Shown here in pieces: positions 1 through 10,108 of a DNA stretch of 64,000 nt. A program made the translations under genes and the position numbers. Each line of letters begins with the position of its first letter. Position 1 is the first letter of the stretch. Source of the DNA: Patescibacteria group bacterium (GTDB lineage: Bacteria; Patescibacteriota; Microgenomatia; Levybacterales; UBA12049); NCBI GenBank assembly GCA_038064195.1, contig JBBTTO010000004.1:2357-66356 (forward strand), in the 5' to 3' direction. The notes under the pieces were generated by a model. That model saw only the letters and a list, made by a program, of their open reading frames with translations, made no database searches and was not told the DNA's origin.

Positions 1-281
1 AGCTGTTAGGATTCTTGTTTTATATGTTGTCATATATATTTCACCCCCTTTCTTGACTATGATTTCCCCGACTTGCGTCGGGAAGCACTTCACTCCGCTT
101 CATCTTGTCTAAGGCCTGAGCATAGACAAAAAAACGGAAGTCGCCCAATCCTATACAAAATAAGGTTGGGTGATTTCCGTTTTTAATCTTAATATCGTTG
201 TTTTGGTCATGTAAGTTTCCAAAATTATTAGATCGTTACGCAATGATCCTGCCAAAATCTTTTTTAAAACTGTGTCTCAAC

Positions 282-313
282 AAAAAAGCACCACACATAC
301 CTGTGAGGTGCTT
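282..313 (-). terminator. intrinsic terminator downstream of 399..593(-)
   Basis: minus strand GCACCTCACA..TGTGTGGTGC stem (9/10 bp) followed by T6. Confidence 0.45.
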
Positions 314-398
314 CCGTTAACGGCCAGTCGCCTTGCTAGTAAATTTCGATTATTTTTCTGTTAACCTAATCAGACTATAGTAAGCTTTTAAAACCTTG

Positions 399-593
399 TC
401 AAGACCCAATTTTCACAGTTTGTTCAGCTGCGTGATCTGAATTTGTTTTTTTGATATTTCGCTCTGTTATCTGGACCACCTTAAAGTTCTGAACATAGAT
501 CTCGACACTACCCCAACCACGAATATTTTTTAACGCATCTGCGATTTCTTCGAGTAACGCTGGGGAGGTATTTTTTGTTGAATAATCGTTCAT
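399..593 (-). CDS. small hypothetical protein (YezD/DUF2292-like)
   Basis: 64-aa ORF with GSVEIYV-type motif; weak family recall. Confidence 0.4.
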   Translation of the reverse strand: MNDYSTKNTSPALLEEIADALKNIRGWGSVEIYVQNFKVVQITERNIKKTNSDHAAEQTVKIGS

Positions 594-626
594 AAGCTCT
601 CTTCTTCTTGAATGAGAATAAAGGAA

Positions 627-1214
627 CTAGCGCAAGTTGAGCTTGATAGTTTCCTTCTTTCCTTCTAACTCACCGACGAGTAACGTGAGATTTTTATCAC
701 TTTCATTGATAGGGAAGCCAAGGCGTGTTTGTTTGGTTGAGTCTGATTGAACTTCAACCGGATCATTGTGAATATCAGCCGCTAGTTTATCACTACCGTT
801 ATTGACTGTTAAGCGGATGTAATCCCGAGCATTAATAGAAACTGTGCTTTTATAGTCATTTTTTATCTTAACGTTGACGATTAGGAAAGTCCTGCCCGCG
901 ACGGCAATTGCTCTCTTGCCTTTAACGATAATTTCATCTCTTTTCTCAACACTGTAAATTTCATACTTGAACTTACTTACTTCTTTCCCGGTTGCGTCTT
1001 TTAGAGGAAACGAGAATGATTTATCCAGGGTCTGTGACGCGCTCGGAGCTGGAAGAGTTACCTTGCCGGACGAGGTGGTAACTGTCCCTGACTGTTGTGA
1101 TTTTCTCAGAGCAAAAAAGGCAATAATGACAAGAATAATGACAATAGCCGCGAGGGGGATTGTCCATTTACTGAAGTTGACTCTTTTCTGAAAGATGCGA
1201 TTTGCTCCGTCCAT
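627..1214 (-). CDS. membrane-anchored hypothetical protein (DUF4352-like)
   Basis: N-terminal TM helix followed by a Ser/Thr linker and a beta-rich domain. Confidence 0.5.
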   Translation of the reverse strand: MDGANRIFQKRVNFSKWTIPLAAIVIILVIIAFFALRKSQQSGTVTTSSGKVTLPAPSASQTLDKSFSFPLKDATGKEVSKFKYEIYSVEKRDEIIVKGKRAIAVAGRTFLIVNVKIKNDYKSTVSINARDYIRLTVNNGSDKLAADIHNDPVEVQSDSTKQTRLGFPINESDKNLTLLVGELEGKKETIKLNLR

Positions 1215-1303
1215 AGTTATCTATACTAATCTGCGACGGGCAGCGCAGTAAGTGGGATATTAGCAAGAGGTCCAGGCAATGTCAATAGGGGATTTCGTGT
1301 AAT

Positions 1304-1657
1304 TTACTTTTTAGAATGGGGGTGTTTGAATTTGAACCGATCAGGGTACGTTAATCCCTGGAGAATGCTCCCAACGGTTGCACCTGTCGCAACCTTAAAT
1401 GTAGTCAGATGAACAATATTGTCATAAAGAAGAAGCGCGATAGCTATTAAAAGAGGTAGGGTGACCCAGTGGTGGAGGAGGATTCGCGAATTTTTGGTCA
1501 TGATACCAAAACGTGGTAGGACTTCCACCCGACCGAGCTTCATCTCAGGCAGTCTATTGGGTCTTTTCTCGCCGTTTTTAACTATGGGCGTTGTGAAATA
1601 CTTAGAGCCGTAAAAACCCAGAAGACAAGCAATAATAACAAGTATCACAGTTTGCAT
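1304..1657 (-). CDS. hypothetical integral membrane protein
   Basis: 117-aa ORF with several hydrophobic segments. Confidence 0.45.
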   Translation of the reverse strand: MQTVILVIIACLLGFYGSKYFTTPIVKNGEKRPNRLPEMKLGRVEVLPRFGIMTKNSRILLHHWVTLPLLIAIALLLYDNIVHLTTFKVATGATVGSILQGLTYPDRFKFKHPHSKK

Positions 1658-1742
1658 ACAATATAACCTCTCATGAAGCCGATACTAACTCATCGTAAAA
1701 GATCTAAAAAAAAATGTCAAGCTAAGATCACGCCGAAGAGCA

Positions 1743-2981
1743 TCATTGAAAAACCCGACTGAAAATTTCTGAATTACGATAGAGGCGCTGTAACGCTGCC
1801 TTATTTAGGCTTCTGAGGGTAAATCGTTTGCGACTCCGACGGGCTAGCGTCGCCGTATATACCGCCACCATATCCTCAGCAACTTTTTTTGGCTTGAAAT
1901 TCTCTGAAATGATCCGTTTGGAAGCCGCGCCAAATTTGTCGCGTACAGTAGCATTATCAAGAAGATAGAGGACCTTTTGAGCAAAAGCTGAAGCATTAAG
2001 AGGAACCTGATAACCATTCACATCTGTCTTAATAATATGCTTATATGCTCCGTCTTTTACTACCACAAAAGGCAGCCCTGACGAGGCAGCTTCAAGGATA
2101 ACAATCCCTTGCGTCTCAGTAAGAGAGGCAAAAACAAAGATCTCGGCATCCGCGTAGGCTAAAGGGATATTTGCCTGGTCTATTTTACCCGTGAAATGGA
2201 CTCTTTGTGAAAGACCGAGCTTGTCTGCGTAATTTTTGATTGAATTAGCTTCTTCTCCTCCTCCGACAACGACAAGGTGTACTAATTTGTCTTTTTGAGC
2301 AACAATTTGAAAGGCTTTGAGTAAAAAAAGAAAATTCTTCTCCTTGCCAAGCCTTCCTACACTGAGTAGTATCGGTGAATTCTTAGGGATCTTACACAAC
2401 TCATGAAGAAAACCTTTCTTTTCACTTTGAAATTTTTCAGGGTAAATAAAATTTGAGACGACCACCATAGGCTTTTTAATCCGGTAGGAGACCAGTTCTT
2501 TTTTCATTTTTTCTGAAGGAGTAACTACGGTATCTGAAATATTTCCCCAAATTCGTAAAGCAGTAGCAGCCATGCGGGGTGTTATGATTTTACCTTTAAA
2601 GACATAATGCATATATTCTGTGAGTTGTGTATGGAAGGTTAGTACAAAAGGGACTCCTTTCACCTTCGCGACCTGATAGCCCAGAAAAGAGAAAAATCCG
2701 TTTCCATGAGCATGGACAATATCAAAATCATGTTTTTGGATCTCCTTTACCAGTTGATGGGGGAGGGCGATCGGCATATGCACCTCAGGCTCACTTGAGA
2801 TTACCTTGAAAGCCTTGAGACGATAAACATCCTTTTCGGTATCCTGATAATTGTCAAATTTCGGTGCGAAAATATACACCGTATGACCAAGAGCGCGAAG
2901 TTCTTTGGTCAAATTGGCAATCGATACGGTAACGCCGTTGAGCATCGGGTAATAACTATCGGTGAAAATTGCTATTCTCAT
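1743..2981 (-). CDS. glycosyltransferase family 4 (GT-B)
   Basis: C-terminal ILEAASSGLPFVVVKDG (GT1/GT4 E-x7-E region) and N-terminal MRIAIFTDSYYP. Confidence 0.8.
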   Translation of the reverse strand: MRIAIFTDSYYPMLNGVTVSIANLTKELRALGHTVYIFAPKFDNYQDTEKDVYRLKAFKVISSEPEVHMPIALPHQLVKEIQKHDFDIVHAHGNGFFSFLGYQVAKVKGVPFVLTFHTQLTEYMHYVFKGKIITPRMAATALRIWGNISDTVVTPSEKMKKELVSYRIKKPMVVVSNFIYPEKFQSEKKGFLHELCKIPKNSPILLSVGRLGKEKNFLFLLKAFQIVAQKDKLVHLVVVGGGEEANSIKNYADKLGLSQRVHFTGKIDQANIPLAYADAEIFVFASLTETQGIVILEAASSGLPFVVVKDGAYKHIIKTDVNGYQVPLNASAFAQKVLYLLDNATVRDKFGAASKRIISENFKPKKVAEDMVAVYTATLARRSRKRFTLRSLNKAALQRLYRNSEIFSRVFQ

Positions 2982-3063
2982 CAGGGTATATTGAATTGTA
3001 GCAAATTACTGCTCAGATTCAAATTAATGAAGATTTTAGAGATTTAGAATCTAAAAAATTGAG

Positions 3064-3978
3064 TTATATTTTACCGGTGAGATTAAATTTGGCGAGTCTG
3101 ATTTGTTTCATGACCCAGATACCTGTCAAAACAGCTCCGGTCATAAGTGCCGGATATTTATGCTTGTAATGCTTGTTATAAAAGATTTTCATCGCGTCAC
3201 TCCCCGCGATAAGAACTTTTTTCTTTATAGCAGGATCGACCTTTACCTTAACTCCGGGCTTCTGCTCCTTGCCTTTAGCCGCTCCTTTGTAATGAAAAAT
3301 CTTAATCCTTGGCACATACATCAACTTCAATCCCAGTTCTTTTATTTTCCAGCATAAATCAATGTCCTCACCGTTTAAAAAATAATCCTCATCATACCAA
3401 TCAATTTTATCCATCACTTTTTTGGGGGTGAGGAAAAAAGCGCCTTCCAGGACATCTGCTTCTGACTCAAGGTCAGGTGAGAGATATCCGTACCAGTAGC
3501 GAGCAAAGAGTCTGGAGGTGGGGAAAAGTCGATCGAGTTTTGACATATGGGTAAAAGCTACCCAGGGAGTAGGGAAGGATCGCCTGGCATCACGATCAAG
3601 CGTACCGTCAGTCATCTCAATCTTACAGGTCATTGCCCCGACATCAGGATGTTCTTCTAAGTACTTAATTGATTCAGGCAGTGTATCGGTATCGACTCTG
3701 GTATCGGCATTAAGCATCAAAATATATTTGCCGCTGCATTTGTCGCGAACAACATTGTTCCCGGCGGCAAACCCGATATTTCCGTTGCGACGATACATCA
3801 TCTCGGGAAAATCTTTCTCCATCATTTCCTGTGTATCATCCGCACCGTTATCCGAGACTATAACTTCAAAGGTATAGCCCTCCTTTTTCATTGCGGGTTT
3901 GGCCTTTTCAAGAGAGTTGAGACAATCCCGCAAAAGTTCACGAATATTAAAAGTACTGACAATAATTGAAAGAGTCAT
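3064..3978 (-). CDS. glycosyltransferase family 2
   Basis: LSIIVSTFN...VIVSDNGADDT near the N-terminus and a D-x-D type core. Confidence 0.75.
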   Translation of the reverse strand: MTLSIIVSTFNIRELLRDCLNSLEKAKPAMKKEGYTFEVIVSDNGADDTQEMMEKDFPEMMYRRNGNIGFAAGNNVVRDKCSGKYILMLNADTRVDTDTLPESIKYLEEHPDVGAMTCKIEMTDGTLDRDARRSFPTPWVAFTHMSKLDRLFPTSRLFARYWYGYLSPDLESEADVLEGAFFLTPKKVMDKIDWYDEDYFLNGEDIDLCWKIKELGLKLMYVPRIKIFHYKGAAKGKEQKPGVKVKVDPAIKKKVLIAGSDAMKIFYNKHYKHKYPALMTGAVLTGIWVMKQIRLAKFNLTGKI

Positions 3979-4064
3979 CGTCTCTAGTATACAATGCTGT
4001 CGAGTTCAATGCAAAGAAATTTGCCGCTTGCAAAGACTTATTTTATTTGTTTGAATATCTTTAA

Positions 4065-4191
4065 GCATACAGAGAGTCCCGATATTTCGGGACCGGCAAC
4101 CGAGGTATACGGTGCCAAAGTCTTAAGACATATGCGCCCACATAGGTGAGGAAATACAGATCAGATCCTCTCTCTATGAGAGGATTTTTTT
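4065..4191 (+). promoter_or_regulatory. SAM-I/IV-family (S-box-like) riboswitch leader of metK
   Basis: UCCCGAUAUUUCGGGACCGGCAACC..GGUGCCAA core; P4-like GUCUUAAGAC; SD-sequestering hairpin CCUCUCUC/GAGAGGA and U-run before the ATG. Confidence 0.5.
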
Positions 4192-5304
4192 ATGAAAAAA
4201 ACGTGGACATTTACTTCAGAGTCAGTATGCAGTGGCCATCCTGATAAAATATGTGATCAGATAAGCGACGCCATTGTCGATGCCGTTCTGAAAAAAGATC
4301 CCCAGGGAAGAGTCGCTGTTGAGACGTTAGCGGCTAATAACCACCTCGTGCTTGCGGGTGAAGTAACAACGAGTGAGCCGATTGACTTTAGCAAGATTGC
4401 TAAGGAGCAAATTAAACGTCTGGGCTATAGTAGCCCTGATTTTAATTTTTCAGATAAGTCACCAATTGACAGTTACGTTCATTCACAATCTCCTGAGATT
4501 GCCAAAGGGGTTGATAAAAAAGGTGCCGGTGACCAGGGGATGATGTTTGGATTTGCCTGTAAGGAAACGCCGTCTTTCATGCCTATGCCTATCACCTTAG
4601 CGCACGCGTTAACGCAAGCAATTGATACCGCTCGCGAAACAAAAACTCTTGCCTATCTTCACCCTGACGGGAAAAGTCAGGTGACAGTTAAGTACCTGGA
4701 TGATCAGCCGGTAGGGGTAACTAAGGTCGTTATTGCCGTACCGCACAACGAGAATATCTCTTTAGCCCGGGTAAAAGATGATATTTATACTAAAATTGTC
4801 TTGCCTACATTGAAAAAATACAATTTTACAGTCGCTAAAGACGATCTGATCGTCAACGGAACAGGCGTTTGGCACCGTGGAGGACCTGCCTCAGACTGCG
4901 GGCTGACCGGGAGAAAAATTGTGGTTGATACCTACGGCGGGTACGCCAGAGTCGGCGGAGGAGCCTTCAGCGGGAAGGACCCGACCAAAGTGGACAGATC
5001 AGGAGCGTATGCCGCCCGTTACCTGGCAAAAAATATAGTAGCTCACGGCCTGGCTGAAAAAGCCGAAGTAAGCCTGGCCTATTTTATCGGTGCCACAAAA
5101 CCTCTTATGCAGGAGGTAGAAACCTTTAGTACTGAAACTGTCTCGCAAAAAGCAATAAAAGATTTTTGTAAAAAGATACTTGATACATCTGTCGAGGGTA
5201 TATTAGACGGGCTTATGCTACGACGACCTCTCTACCTACCTACAGCAGTATATGGTCACTTCGGCAAAAAAGATCTGCCCTGGGAAAAAATTGCCAAAAT
5301 CTAA
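4192..5304 (+). CDS. metK: S-adenosylmethionine synthetase
   Basis: FTSESVCSGHPDKICDQISDAIVDAVL N-terminus and 370-aa length match MetK. Confidence 0.9.
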   Translation: MKKTWTFTSESVCSGHPDKICDQISDAIVDAVLKKDPQGRVAVETLAANNHLVLAGEVTTSEPIDFSKIAKEQIKRLGYSSPDFNFSDKSPIDSYVHSQSPEIAKGVDKKGAGDQGMMFGFACKETPSFMPMPITLAHALTQAIDTARETKTLAYLHPDGKSQVTVKYLDDQPVGVTKVVIAVPHNENISLARVKDDIYTKIVLPTLKKYNFTVAKDDLIVNGTGVWHRGGPASDCGLTGRKIVVDTYGGYARVGGGAFSGKDPTKVDRSGAYAARYLAKNIVAHGLAEKAEVSLAYFIGATKPLMQEVETFSTETVSQKAIKDFCKKILDTSVEGILDGLMLRRPLYLPTAVYGHFGKKDLPWEKIAKI

Positions 5305-5357
5305 CCTACCCGCTACCCGCTACCCGCTACCCGCTACCCGCTACCCGCTACCCGCTA
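5305..5357. repeat. tandem heptamer (TACCCGC/ACCCGCT), about 7 copies
   Basis: ctacccg repeated head-to-tail immediately after the metK stop codon. Confidence 0.85.
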
Positions 5358-5360
5358 ATT

Positions 5361-6128
5361 TTATGGTCTCCAACCTTCATAGGCGTAATAACTTCCGAAC
5401 TTTGCAACACAGACGTTGGGAGTATCCTGCCGCATATTCTCCGCATGACCTGAGGAATTGATCCACATGGTAACAACTTGCTTATAATCGGAAGTCATCG
5501 CGATATTTTCTGTGACTTTACGATAGGAGGGATAAGGCAGCGTACGCGAATTGATGCGGTTTGAGAAACCGTCATGGTTAAAGCTACGCGTGATCTCCTC
5601 AGCTCGAGTAGCCGCAAACCCGCACGTATAACTGTCTGTTTTGACACCGGCTAGTCCTTGTGAGCTTCGATACTCATTGATCTTTTGCATGAGGTAGTCC
5701 TGGATAGCATTACCGGAAGAGGGTGTAGGCGAGACACTGACATTGACTGGCGTGGGGGTCACAGTCTGAACGGGTAAAGGCATTTTCGTTGGTGTAGGGG
5801 TATTTGTTGGCACTAGGGCTCTTGTCCGAGTAGGTGTAGGAGACTGAGTCGGTATAGCTGTTGGCGAAAAAATAGGCGTCGGCCCCGATTGAACCCCGAT
5901 AGTATCGGGGGAACTCGGGGTTGGTGTGGTCTTAATCGTCAACCTGGGAAAAGATGGTGCTGCAGGAGCTTTGGGGGCAACCGGAGCAGTGAAGGGAAGC
6001 CTAGCAGCCGCAACTTTTTTAACACCGAGAATTGAACGATGATCGGAGCGGGAATCCAGCAGGATAAATGTAATGGAGATGAGGAAGATTATTGCGAAAG
6101 GGTAGGGAAGTATGAGTAATTTTCGCAT
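5361..6128 (-). CDS. secreted CAP/SCP (YkwD-like) domain protein with Pro/Thr-rich linker
   Basis: N-terminal TM, long PTPT linker, C-terminal YKQVVTMW..GHAENM..YYAYEGW CAP-like motifs. Confidence 0.6.
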   Translation of the reverse strand: MRKLLILPYPFAIIFLISITFILLDSRSDHRSILGVKKVAAARLPFTAPVAPKAPAAPSFPRLTIKTTPTPSSPDTIGVQSGPTPIFSPTAIPTQSPTPTRTRALVPTNTPTPTKMPLPVQTVTPTPVNVSVSPTPSSGNAIQDYLMQKINEYRSSQGLAGVKTDSYTCGFAATRAEEITRSFNHDGFSNRINSRTLPYPSYRKVTENIAMTSDYKQVVTMWINSSGHAENMRQDTPNVCVAKFGSYYAYEGWRP

Positions 6129-6187
6129 TATTTACTTAACCTACTGAAATTATTTTTTAATGTCAACCTCAACTGTAAAAAGCGAAG

Positions 6188-6490
6188 TTAGTTTTTACTC
6201 CAGCGTTTGAGTCGGGGGATAAGAAGTGATGATATTTCCCGAGCTTGTACTTCCGGCATTTTAAACCCCTTTATCATGTAGGACGTAGTACTCGCGATCA
6301 TCTGATCTTGCGTTATATCCGGATCGACAAATTCTCCTTTGCGAAAACAAAACTGACAATAATCAATACTTGGAGTCCCGTCTTTGTTGGTCCCATAGAG
6401 CCCGATATTAGTCAGGGGCATTCCGCAACTCTGGCATCGTTTTTTATCTTGATCCACTTTAGTAGTATAGCAACAAACGTTACTGGGCAA
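6188..6490 (-). CDS. zinc-ribbon domain protein
   Basis: CxxC..CxxC pairs (CQSCG...CQFC) in a 100-aa ORF. Confidence 0.5.
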   Translation of the reverse strand: MPSNVCCYTTKVDQDKKRCQSCGMPLTNIGLYGTNKDGTPSIDYCQFCFRKGEFVDPDITQDQMIASTTSYMIKGFKMPEVQAREISSLLIPRLKRWSKN

Positions 6491-7382
6491 AAGGCGGTGA
6501 GGCTAAATCTGTCAGAAGCGCTTCGCCTGTTTTATAGCCCGGCCGGATACGGAAAAGAAAAAAACGATTATCTTTTGATACTTGCAGGCCTGAAATAGTC
6601 GTAACCGCAGTCCTGAAATGGGAAGCCTTGGCCAGGTCAATTGCGCTATTGTCAAAGGCCCCATACGGATAAGCAAAAGACACTACCGGCTTATGAATGA
6701 GATTTTCAAGTTGATACTTACTGTCTTTAATTTCACGCGAGGCAAAAAGCGGCGCAACGTCTTTGAGATAAACATGATGCATCGTATGTGCTCCGAGTTC
6801 AACGTAGGGACTTTTTGCAAGCTGCAAGACTTGTTTGGTTAAAAGATAATTGGTCTGGTCAAAAAATCCCGGCACAACATAGGCAACTGCTTTTATTTTT
6901 TCTTTGGATAAAATCGGGAAAACATCGGTGTAGAAATCTCTATATCCATCATCAAAGGTGAGGACAACAGGTTTTTGGGGCAGAACCTTTTTACCGTCAA
7001 TAATGTCTGCCACCTCACTCATAGTCAGGAATGTATAATAATTGTCCTTTAGCGTTCTTATCTGGGCTGTCAAAACATCCGGTGTCGTGTCAAGAGACTG
7101 TCTGATAGTATCTTTTTTATCCTTCACATACTCTACGTAGTGATACATAAGAATAGGAATTGAAAATGTGGCGGACCGTGTGGCAACGGGATGAGTTTCT
7201 TTGACTTCCTGCGGGATTTTTTTGACTTCGTTCAACCTGGTTTCATCCAGGCCGTGCTTTGGCAAAAATAGATAATAAGGGAAATATATATAAACAAGGT
7301 ACAGCCCAAGGATAGTACAAAAGACTAGCAACATATTTTTCTGCCTTTGATCCAATTGAGATTTTTTGATAGTTCTAGCCAT
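6480..7382 (-). CDS. polysaccharide deacetylase (NodB homology domain), membrane-anchored
   Basis: VVLTFDDGY and HTMHHV motifs; N-terminal TM. Confidence 0.8.
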   Translation of the reverse strand: MARTIKKSQLDQRQKNMLLVFCTILGLYLVYIYFPYYLFLPKHGLDETRLNEVKKIPQEVKETHPVATRSATFSIPILMYHYVEYVKDKKDTIRQSLDTTPDVLTAQIRTLKDNYYTFLTMSEVADIIDGKKVLPQKPVVLTFDDGYRDFYTDVFPILSKEKIKAVAYVVPGFFDQTNYLLTKQVLQLAKSPYVELGAHTMHHVYLKDVAPLFASREIKDSKYQLENLIHKPVVSFAYPYGAFDNSAIDLAKASHFRTAVTTISGLQVSKDNRFFLFRIRPGYKTGEALLTDLASPPFAQ

Positions 7383-7387
7383 AAAGT

Positions 7388-7948
7388 TTAAAGAATGGAC
7401 GTAAGCAGAATCTTACAGCCTAAGAGGATGAGGGTAAAGCCTCCGAGCATGTCTAATCTCCCCTCAAAACGTTTGTTAAGATGACTGGCGAAAAGAAACG
7501 CGGGCCAACAAAGTAAAAACGTTACTACTCCGATAACCGTCACAGAAAGCAATAAAGGCAGCTTGATGATACCCAAGGTAATTCCCACAAGGAACGCGTC
7601 AATACTGGTCGCTATAGCCAGTAGAAAGAGAGTTTTGTTGGAAAGTATGCTTCTTTTTTCTTCTTTAACTTCGTCCCTCGCTTCTTTTATCATAAAAATC
7701 CCGATTGCGACAAGCAGCGACGAAGCGATCCATGGTGCAATAATGGTAACAATTGATCGCAGCTGATTACCGACAAACCATCCCATAAGAGGCATAATCG
7801 CTTGAGCTAGGGCGAAAAAGAGGGCAACCCGGAAAGCGTGTTTGATTTTGGCCTGCTTGATCTCAATACCTCCGGCAATACTGACGCTAACAGCATCCAG
7901 TGCTAAAGACACGGCAATAATAATAATCTGTAATGCACTACCCATCAA
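7388..7948 (-). CDS. mntP: putative manganese efflux pump MntP (DUF204 repeats)
   Basis: 186-aa six-TM protein with ALDAVSVSIAGG and SIDAFLVG repeat motifs. Confidence 0.65.
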   Translation of the reverse strand: MMGSALQIIIIAVSLALDAVSVSIAGGIEIKQAKIKHAFRVALFFALAQAIMPLMGWFVGNQLRSIVTIIAPWIASSLLVAIGIFMIKEARDEVKEEKRSILSNKTLFLLAIATSIDAFLVGITLGIIKLPLLLSVTVIGVVTFLLCWPAFLFASHLNKRFEGRLDMLGGFTLILLGCKILLTSIL

Positions 7949-8027
7949 TTAAGTGTACACACTTTGCTCATTTGAGAAAAGGTGCGCAACCGTCTTTCTA
8001 TCAGGATTATAACAAACGAGGCTAAAA

Positions 8028-9302
8028 ATGCTACAATACTCAGGTATGATTCAATATATTTTTATCTTAGGTCGTTATCCTGACCTTTCAAGAAAAGAAA
8101 TTGAGGCGGTGCTCGACATGCAAAAGATTGTTTTTACTCCTATAGAAAGCACGAATTCTTTGTATCTTATTCAAACTCCGAATGAATTGTCGATTGAGAA
8201 GCTCAATCAAACGCTAGGAGGAACTGTTAAAATCGGTAGAATAATCCATACCTTGCCTTTGCCATGTACTCAGGACGCGCTTGAAAACTATTTAACCTCT
8301 GATGTTCTTTTTTCTGATATTCTCAGTCCACAAGAGGATAAGGTTAATTTCGGTATTAGTTTTTACTCTGCTTCAGAGAAGAGCCCACTGTCAATTTTAA
8401 GTCTTTTGAGAGCAATCAAAATTCACCTTGAAGCGCAAGGATTTCGTGCTCGCTTCCCTGATCACAGGGGACCCGTTCTTTCAAGCGCATCGGTTGGGAA
8501 AAACAAACTTTTGACAACAGGGGCAGAATTACTGTTGATTCAATCTAATAAAGAGTTGCTGATCGGGAAAACACTGGCTATTCAAGAATTTGAAGCTTTT
8601 AGTCAGCGAGACTACGGGAGACCGGCTCGTGATATGGATTCTGGTATCATGCCGCCTAAAATTGCACGTATGATGCTCAATCTAGCTGAAGTCCCGCATG
8701 ATCAATCCATCATCGATCCTTTCTGCGGCAGCGGAACTATGCTCCAGGAGGCAACACTTTTAGGGTACACCGATGTCACAGGAACTGATAACTCTGACAA
8801 AGCTCTTAAGGATACAAAGCAAAATCTCAAATGGCTTAATGAGAAGCAAAAAATTACTGTTCAACCCAGAATTCTTAAAGCAGATGTCACAACGCTAAGC
8901 AAAACTTTTTCAGAAAATACTTTTTCAGCTGTCATTACCGAACCATATATGGGGCCTAATCTCCAACAACGGCCTTCAATTCAACTTATTCAACAAAACC
9001 AAATCGAATTAACTACACTTTATCTTTCTGCTTTGACTGAGTTCATAAAAGTTCTTAAACCTGATGGCGTTATCGTTATGATTTTGCCTGTATTTCATCT
9101 CAACAGGCAATTTTTGTCTTTGGATATATTGAACGATGCCGAAAAACTTGGGCTAATACAGATTCCCCTGAGTAAAGAAAGAAGGCAGACAATCCTCGTT
9201 GGGAATCGCTATGACTTTGTCCTGCGGGAAATAGTGAAGTTTTCAAACCATAAGAAGGACGAAATCCTGCGAAGTTCTGCAAAACAGAACGAAGTAGGAT
9301 AA
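8028..9302 (+). CDS. putative RNA methyltransferase (UPF0020/Trm11-RlmL-like)
   Basis: DPFCGSGTMLQEA motif I and ITEPYMGP motif IV. Confidence 0.6.
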   Translation: MLQYSGMIQYIFILGRYPDLSRKEIEAVLDMQKIVFTPIESTNSLYLIQTPNELSIEKLNQTLGGTVKIGRIIHTLPLPCTQDALENYLTSDVLFSDILSPQEDKVNFGISFYSASEKSPLSILSLLRAIKIHLEAQGFRARFPDHRGPVLSSASVGKNKLLTTGAELLLIQSNKELLIGKTLAIQEFEAFSQRDYGRPARDMDSGIMPPKIARMMLNLAEVPHDQSIIDPFCGSGTMLQEATLLGYTDVTGTDNSDKALKDTKQNLKWLNEKQKITVQPRILKADVTTLSKTFSENTFSAVITEPYMGPNLQQRPSIQLIQQNQIELTTLYLSALTEFIKVLKPDGVIVMILPVFHLNRQFLSLDILNDAEKLGLIQIPLSKERRQTILVGNRYDFVLREIVKFSNHKKDEILRSSAKQNEVG

Positions 9303-9303
9303 A

Positions 9304-10092
9304 ATGGAAGAAAGGAACTCTATGAAAGACAGTCAAGTAATGATCATCGGGCGCAACATGGTGCATGATGCTATAAAGTCGAATAAAACTATCCAAACAA
9401 TTTTCATTGGAAAAAATAGCAGGACAGACCCCCGTATTCAGGAGATACTTAAATTAGCCTATCAAAAAAATATTGAGATATCCTTCGTCGCGCCCGAAAA
9501 AATCAGAGCCATGAGCGGATCTGATGATACGCAAAATGTTATAGCCTATATGCAAAAATATGAAGGTGTCTCACTTCGTGAAGTTATCCAGGCCAAGATC
9601 GACTCAGGCAAAGATCCACTCATCATGCTCTTTAATCACATGGATTATGAGCAGAATTTGGGTGCGATCATCAGAAGTGCGTGGGGAGCTGAGGTGGATG
9701 CAGTTGTCCTCTCTCCGACAGGAGTTCATGAGGTAACACCGATTGTAGCCAAAGTCTCCCAAGGAGGAGCGGCTTATGTGCCGGTATTCTCGCTCTCACT
9801 TTTCCAGGCAATTGATATCATCAAAGACTTTGGCATACCGGTCGTTGGGGTTGAGGTAGGCATGGGAAAACCCTATGATGAGATCACACTTCTCGGCCCG
9901 GTTGCTTTTCTTTTCGGTGGGGAAGTGGCCGGTATCAGTAAGCCCCTGGAAAAACACTGCGATATTTTTATCCACATCCCGATCAATAATGAACTGGCAT
10001 CTCTTAATGTCAGCGTCGCAACGGCACTCATCATCTATGAGAAGCGCCGTCAGGAGAGAGCGGCAAAAAAGCTCCGGGAAAATCCTCAATAG
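9304..10092 (+). CDS. rlmB: TrmH/SpoU-family rRNA 2'-O-methyltransferase (RlmB-like)
   Basis: IGRNMVHDAIKS N-terminal domain; LFGGEVAGIS...NELASLNVSVATALIIYE SPOUT motifs. Confidence 0.8.
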   Translation: MEERNSMKDSQVMIIGRNMVHDAIKSNKTIQTIFIGKNSRTDPRIQEILKLAYQKNIEISFVAPEKIRAMSGSDDTQNVIAYMQKYEGVSLREVIQAKIDSGKDPLIMLFNHMDYEQNLGAIIRSAWGAEVDAVVLSPTGVHEVTPIVAKVSQGGAAYVPVFSLSLFQAIDIIKDFGIPVVGVEVGMGKPYDEITLLGPVAFLFGGEVAGISKPLEKHCDIFIHIPINNELASLNVSVATALIIYEKRRQERAAKKLRENPQ

Positions 10093-10108
10093 AGCTAAAA
10101 TTCAATAA

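Noticed and set aside
5305-5357. Possible CRISPR array
   Set aside because: Units are 7 nt, perfectly tandem, with no spacers. This is a microsatellite, not a CRISPR.
5252-5461. 69-aa ORF translating as PATRYPLPATRYPLPA
   Set aside because: It is simply the translation of the (ACCCGCT)n tandem repeat and overlaps the CAP-domain gene on the other strand.
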